The position numbers and the translations under genes were made by a program. The notes under the pieces were generated by a model, which was not told the DNA's origin, ran no database searches, and saw only the letters and a list, made by a program, of their open reading frames with translations. A DNA stretch of 64,000 bases from Candidatus Rubrimentiphilum sp. (GTDB lineage Bacteria > Vulcanimicrobiota > Vulcanimicrobiia > Vulcanimicrobiales > Vulcanimicrobiaceae): NCBI GenBank assembly GCA_035710515.1, contig DASTDE010000004.1, positions 403,434-467,433 of the forward strand, written 5' to 3'. This document shows positions 39,851 to 47,675 of this stretch, one piece after another. The first letter of the stretch is position 1. Every line of letters begins with the position of its first letter.

Positions 39851-40956
39851 CAGATCCGCCTCGTCCGCACGTTCGCGTCTTCGATCTCATAGAGCGTTCC
39901 GGCCGGCAGCGCATCGGGCAATTGGGTGGCCGTGATGAACGCCTGCTCGAACCCGCCAACGCCGTCGAGGAACGCGCGGGCGCGCTGCGCGTCCAGCTCG
40001 GAGAGGACGTCGTCCAAGAGCAAAAGCGGGGCCTCGCCCGAGCGTTCGTGCATGACGGTATATTCGGCGACCTTGACCGCAAGTACCGCCGTGCGCTGCT
40101 GGCCTTGCGACCCAAATGCGGCCAGCGAACGGCCGTCGAGATTCAGGCCCAAATCGTCGCGATGCGGCCCAACGAGCGGGATGCCGCGCTGACGTTCTTG
40201 CTCCGCGCTCGCGCGTAAACGCTCGGAAAACGCGGCCGCGATCGAGTCTTCGGTTTCAGCTTCGAATGGAACGTTCGGCCGGTAGCTCAACTCCAAGCGC
40301 TCCTGCTCTTGGCTCCACTGCGAGTGGACGTGAGCGGCGGCAACTCCCAGCGCTCGAATAAAATGGTTGCGCGCGATCATCAGCGCGGTGCCCGTCGTAA
40401 CGAGCGCTTCGTTATAGATTTTTATGAGGTCCTCGTCGGGCTTCGCTTCGCCGCGCAAGAGCGACCCTTTGTTCGTGAGCGCCTTTTGGTAGGCCGCGAG
40501 GTCCCGATAGTATTGCTTCTGATCTTGCGCCAACGCGCCGTTCAGGAATGACCGGCGCACTGAGGGTGGTCCGTCGACGAGATGGAGATCCGCCGGCACG
40601 AAACTCACCACGCGCAGGCTTCCGAGAAACGTTGCGTAGCGGACGTTTCGGCCGTTCACCGTGTAGAGTTTGCGCGAACCGCGTTCGGTCGCGGTCAGCG
40701 TGCAGCCCAATCGAATCACGCCCGCGCGTACCTGTGCCGTGCCGGAGATTGTGGCGAGCTCAAAACCATCGCGAATGAGATCGCGTTCGCGACTGGTTCG
40801 AAACGATTTTCCGGTTCCGAGCAACGAGATCGCTTCGAGCAGATTGCTCTTGCCCTGAGCGTTGCTTCCGACGAAGACGTTCAGCCCCGGCGCCGGCGCG
40901 AGCTCGAGGTGCGCGTAATTACGCACATTCGAGAGGGTTAGACTATCGAGTCTAAT
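39850..40956 (-). CDS. recF: DNA replication and repair protein RecF
   Basis: Walker A is GSNAQGKSNLLEAI, the signature is GSQGQQRT, and Walker B is LLLLDDVLSELD. The first canonical start (GTG 40926) would remove the conserved first strand. The frame stays open upstream and reads (I)RLDSLTLSNVRNY from ATT 40956, which overlaps the upstream TAG. The 5' end is therefore uncertain (40926 or 40956). Confidence 0.88.
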
Positions 40957-42421
40957 AGTCGGCTTGCTGCGTCGCCGGCTTTTGACGCAGAAAATCCGAG
41001 ACGGTCAACGTCGTGGCGATCGGCGTGAACGGCCTCGGCGCTTGCGTGAAATCAAACATGTCATCAAAGGCGTCGGCGCGCACGTCCGCGGTATACGTCT
41101 CGATCGGCGAGAGCCCGAACGTTTTTTCGATAAAGTGCAAACTGCTGGCGACTTCGTGCTGCACGTGCGAGACGTAACCACGCTTGGTGTACGGCGACAC
41201 GATGATCAGCGGCGTGCGAATGCCGAGTCCCTCGTACGCGCCGGTGCGCGGGTCGGCGTACTGCGGCGGCACGACGTGATCGAACCAGCCGCCCCAATCG
41301 TCGTACATAATGACGATCGCGGTCGAATTCCAGTACTTGCTCTTGCCCACCGCGTTAACGATGTTGGCCACCCACTGCGGCCCGGTCGTGCTCAGCGATC
41401 CGGCGTGATCGGAATTCAAGAACGACGGCATAACCCACGTGACTTGCGCCAGATTGCCATTTTGGATATCGGTGAAGAACGAACTCTCGGGTGATTTGAC
41501 GTTGCGCACCCAATCGGCGCCGAACCGTACCGGATAGATGACGTCGAACGCGGACCAGATGTCGCCCAGGTTCAACCCGATCGTCGGCGAGTAGAATGCC
41601 CACGAAATGCCGCGTGCGTCGAGCTGCGTCGCGATCGTGTTGTACGAAAAACACGGGAACGGGCCGGGCAACTCGAGTCCGAACGCTTGCGGAAACGTTG
41701 CGTAACTGGGCTGTGGATTTACGATTGACAGCTGCGCCGTGATTGTCGGCTGGCCAAGAGTCGAAGCGGGTGCATCGCATCCCCATGTCTGGTTGAAGTC
41801 GCTCGGGATTTCGGCGACGTGGCCGGACTGGCCGGCGATCATGTACTGATGCGAAACGTAGCTCGGGCCGTTGTTCGAGGGAAAGAAATTGTCGCCGATC
41901 GCGTATTGCGCGGCCATATCCCAGAACGGCTGCACTTCACTTTGCGGAACGAACGAATACGCTAGCGGTCTCGTGGTGCCGGGCGCGAGATGCGTGCCGA
42001 GTACCCAGCACGTCGGATCGTTGAACGGATCGTGCGACGGGCACGCGCACGGATCGCTGATCGTACAGAATCCGAAAATCTCCCTATCGAATCCGTTCAT
42101 GTTTCCGCCCGCGTAATTTTCCAGAAATTGCAGGCGCAAGTGATTGATGTCGACGGGATTCGCGAGGGTAACCGGTTGGAGCGTCCACCGGTTGCCGTGA
42201 GAGTCGAAGCCAAAGTTCTGCGTGTTGGCGCCGGGATAGCCTTGAAACAATCCGTCGAACGTGCGGTTTTCTTGCATTACGACGACGATGTGCTGGATCT
42301 GCCCAACCGCCGCCGGAGAATTGCTCGGACCAACGACCGGTGCGTTGACTGGCGTGCCGCCGCCGCATGCCGAGAGCGTTATGGCCGCGGTGGCCATAAC
42401 CAAGGACAAAAACCGGCGCAA
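40952..42421 (-). CDS. phosphoesterase-family lipoprotein (phospholipase C / acid phosphatase AcpA-like)
   Basis: 489 aa with a lipobox (TLSAC). The phosphoesterase-family signature is IQHIVVVMQENRTFDGLFQGYPG, followed later by DWGGWFDHV. Confidence 0.8.
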   Translation of the reverse strand: MRRFLSLVMATAAITLSACGGGTPVNAPVVGPSNSPAAVGQIQHIVVVMQENRTFDGLFQGYPGANTQNFGFDSHGNRWTLQPVTLANPVDINHLRLQFLENYAGGNMNGFDREIFGFCTISDPCACPSHDPFNDPTCWVLGTHLAPGTTRPLAYSFVPQSEVQPFWDMAAQYAIGDNFFPSNNGPSYVSHQYMIAGQSGHVAEIPSDFNQTWGCDAPASTLGQPTITAQLSIVNPQPSYATFPQAFGLELPGPFPCFSYNTIATQLDARGISWAFYSPTIGLNLGDIWSAFDVIYPVRFGADWVRNVKSPESSFFTDIQNGNLAQVTWVMPSFLNSDHAGSLSTTGPQWVANIVNAVGKSKYWNSTAIVIMYDDWGGWFDHVVPPQYADPRTGAYEGLGIRTPLIIVSPYTKRGYVSHVQHEVASSLHFIEKTFGLSPIETYTADVRADAFDDMFDFTQAPRPFTPIATTLTVSDFLRQKPATQQADY

Positions 42422-42423
42422 GA

Positions 42424-43539
42424 TTATTGCCGCAACGGCATCAAAACGTAAAGTTGCTGCGCGCCCTCCACCGGCTCGACCGGCTTGATGGCTGCCGGCG
42501 AAAGCGGCCCGAGGAACTCCATGACGGTCTGCGCGCTCTCGATGTGATTCAAAATTTCTACGAGATACCGCGCGTTGAACGCAATCGTCAAATCTTCGCC
42601 TTGCTGCTCGACCTCGAGCTCTTCGTACGCATTGCCTGAAACGTCCGAACTGGCCGTGACGATCAGCGTTTGATTATTCACCGCGAGCTTTACCATGCTT
42701 GCGCGATCGCCGGCGACCAACTCGGCGCGGCGCAGCGCGGCGATGAGCGTCGCCGTGCTGACCGTCAGCGAGCGATCGAATTTGGCCGGAATCACTTGGC
42801 CGTAGTTCGGATACTGCCCGTCTACCAAGCGCACGATAATCGAGGTATCGCCGGCCGCAAACATGAGCTGGTTGTTTTGCGCGCCGAGCGCGGTAACGTC
42901 GACGAATTCCGCGGTACCGAGGTTACGTGCAGCTTCGCTCAGCGCACGCGACGGCACGATATATTTTTCGCTGCCGGAGATGCCGCTCTCGAGCGACGTT
43001 TGAAACTTCGCCAAGCGATAGCCGTCGGTCGCGACCATCGTGATCGAATCGCCTTCGACTTCTAGCAGTGTACCCATCAGCACCGCGCCGCGCGCCTCTT
43101 CGCTCGAGGCCGCAAAGATTGTCGAGTTCACTCCGTCGCGGAAGCGTTTTGCCGAGATGCGGAAATGCTGTCCCTTTTGCGCGCTCGGAAGCGGCGGATA
43201 CTCTTCGGCCGGCAGCGCGTGGAAATCATAACTGCTTCGCTCGTATTTCACGCTGGCGCGGGTCGGCGTACCGGTCAGTTCCATGAGCCCAGCCTGCAGA
43301 TTGCCCAAATAGCTGCTGAACAGTTTGGCAGGCACGGTGACGCTGCCCGACTCGCTGATCTCCGCCGGGAACGCGTGCTCGAGCGTTACTTCCAAGTCGG
43401 TTGCCCGTACCGAAATCTTACCGTCATCCGCGCTGAGCAGCACGTTCGAGAGAATCGGAACGGTGGTATGCGCGTTGACGACTTTGCTGGCGGCACCGAC
43501 TGCGCCGGAGATGTCTTTGGTGTTACAGGTGAACTTCAT
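42424..43539 (-). CDS. dnaN: DNA polymerase III beta sliding clamp
   Basis: 371 aa. Motifs are MKFTCNTKDISGAV...HTTVPILSNVLL and the C-terminal LYVLMPLRQ. It is directly downstream of dnaA. Confidence 0.95.
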   Translation of the reverse strand: MKFTCNTKDISGAVGAASKVVNAHTTVPILSNVLLSADDGKISVRATDLEVTLEHAFPAEISESGSVTVPAKLFSSYLGNLQAGLMELTGTPTRASVKYERSSYDFHALPAEEYPPLPSAQKGQHFRISAKRFRDGVNSTIFAASSEEARGAVLMGTLLEVEGDSITMVATDGYRLAKFQTSLESGISGSEKYIVPSRALSEAARNLGTAEFVDVTALGAQNNQLMFAAGDTSIIVRLVDGQYPNYGQVIPAKFDRSLTVSTATLIAALRRAELVAGDRASMVKLAVNNQTLIVTASSDVSGNAYEELEVEQQGEDLTIAFNARYLVEILNHIESAQTVMEFLGPLSPAAIKPVEPVEGAQQLYVLMPLRQ

Positions 43540-43567
43540 TCCACACTCATCGCTGGCTCTGGGTCAC

Positions 43568-43609
43568 TCTTTATTATAAAAAGATCTAATAGTACTAGTA
43601 GTAAGGCGG
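43568..43609. promoter_or_regulatory. candidate oriC unwinding region: AT-rich tract plus DnaA-trio-like array and GC clamp
   Basis: The tract TCTTTATTATAAAAAGATC is followed by TAA TAG TAC TAG TAG TAA (43587-43604) and then GGCGG. Read 3'->5', the triplets are AAT GAT GAT CAT GAT AAT. This is the only strongly AT-rich stretch in the window, and it lies in the dnaA-dnaN spacer. Confidence 0.5.
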
Positions 43610-43670
43610 TGCATTCTGCGAAGAACCGCCGATTTGCTTGCCACGATGCGGGTTTGTGCCCCGCATAACC

Positions 43671-43735
43671 TGTGCAAGACCCCGGGGAGTTCTTACACAT
43701 CTGCACCGTCCGCCGCCCCCGAGCAGTTATCCACG
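43671..43735. promoter_or_regulatory. DnaA-box-like cluster in the dnaA-dnaN spacer
   Basis: TTATCCACG lies at 43727-43735, TCTTACACA at 43691-43699, and TGTGCAAGA (reverse of TCTTGCACA) at 43671-43679. Each has one mismatch to TTWTNCACA / TTATCCACA. Confidence 0.5.
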
Positions 43736-43783
43736 CCTTCGAAGCCGCCCTGTGTACCGAAGCGTGTATTAGATGTAGAAACG

Positions 43784-45154
43784 CTAATCGGTCTGACAGA
43801 GCGCCACCAGCGAGCGGATCTTGTTCCGGTACGCTTCGTCGCGCTGCATTTGGTCCTTGACCTTGTCCCGGGCGTACATCACGGTCGTGTGATCCTTCTT
43901 ATTGAACTCGCGCGCGATGTGCGGCAGGGACGAATCGGTCAGCTCCGTGCAGACGAACATGGCGATCTGGCGAGGCCCGGCCACGCGCTGGTCGCGGCGG
44001 TGGTTGTCCATCTCTTTAATGGTCAGGCCGTGGGCCTTGGCGATCTTGTCCTTGATGGTGTCGATCGTCACGCGGCGCAGCGGCATCTGGGCCACGGCGT
44101 TCTTGAGCACTTCGGCGGCGAGATCGACCGTAATCGTGGACTTGGTCAGCGACGAGAACGCGACGACGCGAATCAGCGCGCCTTCCAGCTCGCGGATGTT
44201 CGATGGGATGACCTTGGCAATGTACGACGTCACTTCGTCGGGCACCGGAATCTTCTCCGACTCCGCCTTCTTGCGCAGAATGGCTTCGCGCGTCTCCAGA
44301 TCGGGCGGCTGGATGTCGGTGAGCAAGCCCCACTCGAAACGCGAGCGCAGCCGGTTCTCCAGCGTTTGAATCTCTTTGGGCGGCCGGTCGCTCGAGATGA
44401 CCAGTTGCCGGCCCGACTCGTGCAGCGCGTTGAAGGTGTGGAAGAACTCTTCTTGCGTTCCTTCCTTGCCTTCCAAGAATTGGATGTCGTCGATCAGCAA
44501 GACGTCAACCAAGCGATACTTGTTGCGAAACTCCAGCGTCTTGTTGTTTTGCACCGCGATGATGAATTCGTTGGTGAATTTTTCGCTCGACACGTACACG
44601 ACGTTCGCATCGGGAATGTCTTGCAACACGCGGTGACCGATTGCGTGCATCAAGTGCGTCTTGCCGAGACCGACGCCGCCGTACAAAAAAAGCGGATTGT
44701 ACGCGCGCGCCGGCGCCGCCGCAACCGCTTGCGAAGCCGCGTGCGCGAACCGGTTGGAATTGCCGATGACGAACTCTTCGAAGGTGTACCGCGAGTTCAA
44801 ATTGCCCGGCCGGAACTCGGTTTGCAGGCGCGCGGGGCCAGTCTGGACGGCCGTTTCGCCCTCCTGGGCCGGCGTTTCGCCGGCTTGCTCCACTACGACG
44901 AACTGCAGGTCGAACGCGGTGCCGAACGTGTCGGCCAAGGCTTCGACGATCTGCGCTTTTAAGCGATTTTCCACCCAGTCGCGGGCGAAGTTGTTCTGCA
45001 CCGCCAGCAGCAGCTCGTTACCGTTTAAGGAAACCAGGCGCAGCGGCTTGATCCACATCTCGTAGATCGGTTTGGAGAAACGTCGTTCTAGCGCTGTAAG
45101 TGCGGATTGCCAGAGTTCATTCGAAATATCCGAGGTTCCAACCGCAAGCGCCAT
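43784..45154 (-). CDS. dnaA: chromosomal replication initiator protein DnaA
   Basis: 456 aa. Walker A is GGVGLGKTHLMHAIG, Walker B is LLIDDIQFLEGK, and the sensor/arginine finger region is SSDRPPKEI. The domain IV motif is DHTTVMYARDKV. Confidence 0.95.
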   Translation of the reverse strand: MALAVGTSDISNELWQSALTALERRFSKPIYEMWIKPLRLVSLNGNELLLAVQNNFARDWVENRLKAQIVEALADTFGTAFDLQFVVVEQAGETPAQEGETAVQTGPARLQTEFRPGNLNSRYTFEEFVIGNSNRFAHAASQAVAAAPARAYNPLFLYGGVGLGKTHLMHAIGHRVLQDIPDANVVYVSSEKFTNEFIIAVQNNKTLEFRNKYRLVDVLLIDDIQFLEGKEGTQEEFFHTFNALHESGRQLVISSDRPPKEIQTLENRLRSRFEWGLLTDIQPPDLETREAILRKKAESEKIPVPDEVTSYIAKVIPSNIRELEGALIRVVAFSSLTKSTITVDLAAEVLKNAVAQMPLRRVTIDTIKDKIAKAHGLTIKEMDNHRRDQRVAGPRQIAMFVCTELTDSSLPHIAREFNKKDHTTVMYARDKVKDQMQRDEAYRNKIRSLVALCQTD

Positions 45155-45283
45155 CCTGTTTCCGTCCCGTCGTCATCTAGTTCAGAACCTCATCGGCGAC
45201 AAAAGTCGGTCGACGCAGTCCCTTCTTGGAGGCGCATGGGTTGGCGCTATCGGGGGCGTATCCTGCGGTAAATTAAGAGATTC

Positions 45284-45461
45284 TTATCCACTTATCCACA
45301 GGTGTAGAACCCTCCATTTTTCGGCTCAAAACCCGCACAATCCACCGTTACAAGCGAGCTCTTGACAAGCGCAAAAAGCGCCGTCACACGGGCCTTTTAG
45401 GGGCAAGTCGGGCAAGCGGCGCAGCACTGCTTTCCACAGCGTTCTCCACACGTGTGGAGAG
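45284..45461. promoter_or_regulatory. DnaA-box cluster upstream of dnaA (oriC part / dnaA autoregulation)
   Basis: Tandem TTATCCACT and TTATCCACA lie at 45284-45300. CTTTCCACA is at 45430-45438, TTCTCCACA at 45442-45450, and an inverted TGTGGAGAG at 45453-45461. The last two form an 18-bp perfect palindrome. Confidence 0.6.
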
Positions 45462-45482
45462 CCGTCATTAAGCAAACTTGGC

Positions 45483-45512
45483 TTGACGCTGCGAGCATGC
45501 TGGTCCTATACT
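45483..45512 (+). promoter_or_regulatory. sigma70-type promoter for rpmH-rnpA-yidD-yidC
   Basis: TTGACG (45483-45488), an 18-nt spacer, then TATACT (45507-45512), about 58 nt upstream of the rpmH ATG. Confidence 0.5.
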
Positions 45513-45569
45513 AGGTGGCTGTGTCCTGCGGGTGCATCCGCGGCACGCTCCCAGGAGTAGGATCCACGT

Positions 45570-45704
45570 ATGAAGCGGACCTTCCAACCGCATAACCGCC
45601 GGCGCAAGCGCGTGCACGGCTTCCGTGAACGGATGTCGACCAAGAACGGCCGGCGCGTTATTGCTGCCCGCCGCAAGAGGGGCCGCAAGCGCCTGAGCGT
45701 CTGA
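45570..45704 (+). CDS. rpmH: 50S ribosomal protein L34
   Basis: 44 aa, [44 protein letters not shown], below the track cutoff. This is the canonical L34 sequence. The TGATG junction leads into rnpA. Confidence 0.92.
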   Translation: MKRTFQPHNRRRKRVHGFRERMSTKNGRRVIAARRKRGRKRLSV

Positions 45705-46024
45705 TGCGACGCTTTGCCAGCCTGCGGCGCCGGGCGGAGTTTGCCCGCCTGCGGCAGCGCGGCCGGCGAACCGCCACCCCGAACCTTACGATCTATCGAA
45801 GCCAGGGCTCGCCTGAAGGCGAACGACCCCTGGTGGGCATTACTGTGTCGACCTCGGTCGGAAAAGCCGTCCTTCGTAATAAGGTGAGGCGCCGGATCGC
45901 CGCCGCCGTGCACGAGCTGATTCCGGCGGACCCGCAGCTGCGGGTGTTGATCGTCGCCCGGCCATCGACGGCGGTGGCGTCGTATTCCGACCTTCACACC
46001 GAACTGGCTCGCGCGCTCGCATGA
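45704..46024 (+). CDS. rnpA: ribonuclease P protein component
   Basis: 106 aa and basic, with the RNR-like motif [12 protein letters not shown]. It is directly downstream of rpmH. Confidence 0.85.
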   Translation: MRRFASLRRRAEFARLRQRGRRTATPNLTIYRSQGSPEGERPLVGITVSTSVGKAVLRNKVRRRIAAAVHELIPADPQLRVLIVARPSTAVASYSDLHTELARALA

Positions 46025-46239
46025 TCCGCACGCCGTTGATTCTTCTGCTGCGGGCCTACAAAGGCGTTGTCTCGCCGTTTCTTCCGCCGGCCTGCCGCTT
46101 CTATCCGAGCTGTTCGGAATATGCCGCGCAAGCATTCGAGAAACACGGCGTTTTGCGCGGCGGTATCATGTCCGCGAAACGGATCGCGCGTTGTCACCCG
46201 TGGCATCCCGGCGGTTTCGACCCCGTAGCTGAAAGGTAA
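46021..46239 (+). CDS. yidD: membrane protein insertion efficiency factor YidD
   Basis: 72 aa, with [23 protein letters not shown] and [12 protein letters not shown]. Confidence 0.88.
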   Translation: MIRTPLILLLRAYKGVVSPFLPPACRFYPSCSEYAAQAFEKHGVLRGGIMSAKRIARCHPWHPGGFDPVAER

Positions 46240-46242
46240 CCC

Positions 46243-47109
46243 TTGCACTTTATTCTGGCCACCAACTGGTTTCTCGACCCGATCGTCGGCGGCATCACGG
46301 CGATCCTCGATGCGATCAATTCGGTCGTGCACAGCCGCGGTTGGAGTTTGGTCATCTTCGCGCTCGCCTTCAAATTGATCTCGTGGCCGCTGAACACCAA
46401 GCAGTTCATGGCCATGATCAAGATGCAGAAGCTGGGCCCGCAGATCAAAGCGCTCCAGGCGCGTTACGGCAAAAAAGATCCGCAGCAGTTACAAAAAGAG
46501 ACCATGGAGCTGTACCGCAAGCACGGCGCCAACCCGCTGGCGGGCTGTTGGCCGATGCTGGTCCAGTATCCGATCATTATCAGCGTGTACTACGCGGTGT
46601 GGTCGCATCAAAAGCTCTACGAGAACGAACACTGGCTCTGGGTCGGCGCGCCGTTCACGCAACACGTGTCGCCGTTGCTCTGGAAGGCCTACCTGTTCGC
46701 GCCGAACTTGGCGTCGGCCGACATCGTCTTGCTGCTGCTTTACGCGATATCGATGTACTTCTACTCACGCTATGCCACCATGCCGTCCACCGATCCGCAG
46801 CAAGCGCAGACGCAAAAACTCATGGCGATCTTCTCGCCGCTGATGCTCGGGTTCTTGGGCTTGCGGTACAACTGGCCGTCAGCCATGGTGCTGTACTGGT
46901 TCTCCTACAACTTGTTCACGATGGGCCAGCAATTTTATCTGCTGGGTAAATATCATCAGCCGCTCTCGGCTCTCGACGACTTCCACCCGATCACCGACGT
47001 GCCGGATGCGCAGCCCAAAGCGTTGGCGAAACCGAACGGTGAAGTCGGCCAGCAGCAGCAGCGCGGCTCCCGCAGAAACAGAAAGAAAAAGAGAGGCGCA
47101 AGAAGGTAG
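46243..47109 (+). CDS. yidC: membrane protein insertase YidC, short form without a large periplasmic P1 domain
   Basis: 288 aa. The key segment is SWPLNTKQFMAMIKMQKLGPQIKALQARYGKKDPQQLQKETMELYRKHGANPLAGCWPMLVQ. There are five TM helices and a basic C-tail. TTG start. Confidence 0.88.
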   Translation: MHFILATNWFLDPIVGGITAILDAINSVVHSRGWSLVIFALAFKLISWPLNTKQFMAMIKMQKLGPQIKALQARYGKKDPQQLQKETMELYRKHGANPLAGCWPMLVQYPIIISVYYAVWSHQKLYENEHWLWVGAPFTQHVSPLLWKAYLFAPNLASADIVLLLLYAISMYFYSRYATMPSTDPQQAQTQKLMAIFSPLMLGFLGLRYNWPSAMVLYWFSYNLFTMGQQFYLLGKYHQPLSALDDFHPITDVPDAQPKALAKPNGEVGQQQQRGSRRNRKKKRGARR

Positions 47110-47111
47110 CT

Positions 47112-47675
47112 ATGTTCGAAGACGACATCGAGCCCGAAGACCAGCAGCCCGGCGGCGGGCGCCGGAATGGAACGCGGCGCACCGCTGCGCGGCCTCCGCG
47201 TAAGCGCGTCAAAGCGGAGATGCCCGACGCGGCCAAGCCGGCGCGCGATCTGCTCGAAGAGATCTTAGGAAAGATGGGCGTGCCTCACGCCGAGATCGAG
47301 TATCTGTCGCGGCCCGAAGGCGAGTACTTCGAAGTGACCGGTCCCGACTTGGCGATGCTGATCGGGCGCCACGGCAATACGCTCGAAGCGCTCAACTTGG
47401 TCTTCAATAACATTCTGAACGCCGGCGTGAAGACCAACCGCAAATACTACACGATCGACGCGGAAGGCTATCGCGCCCGCCGCGCCGACCAGTTGAAGAG
47501 TCTCGCGCTGATGACGCTCGAACGCTGCATCCGCGAGAAATCGCCGCAGAAGCTCGAGCCGATGTTGCCCTCCGAGCGAAAGATCGTGCACCTTGCGCTG
47601 GCGGACAACTCTTATGTGCGCACCGAATCCGAAGGCGTGGAACCGGAACGCCGCGTCGTAATTTTCCCCAAATAG
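47112..47675 (+). CDS. jag: Jag/KhpB-like RNA-binding protein (KH + R3H)
   Basis: 187 aa. The KH-like region is IGRHGNTLEALNLV and the R3H-like region is PSERKIVHLAL. It holds the conserved position after yidC. Confidence 0.8.
   Translation: MFEDDIEPEDQQPGGGRRNGTRRTAARPPRKRVKAEMPDAAKPARDLLEEILGKMGVPHAEIEYLSRPEGEYFEVTGPDLAMLIGRHGNTLEALNLVFNNILNAGVKTNRKYYTIDAEGYRARRADQLKSLALMTLERCIREKSPQKLEPMLPSERKIVHLALADNSYVRTESEGVEPERRVVIFPK

Noticed and set aside
45362-45367. A perfect TTGACA hexamer in the dnaA-rpmH spacer, considered as a -35 element.
   Set aside because: No acceptable -10 lies 16-19 nt downstream on the plus strand (CACACG). The TTGACG/TATACT pair at 45483-45512 is a much better rpmH promoter.
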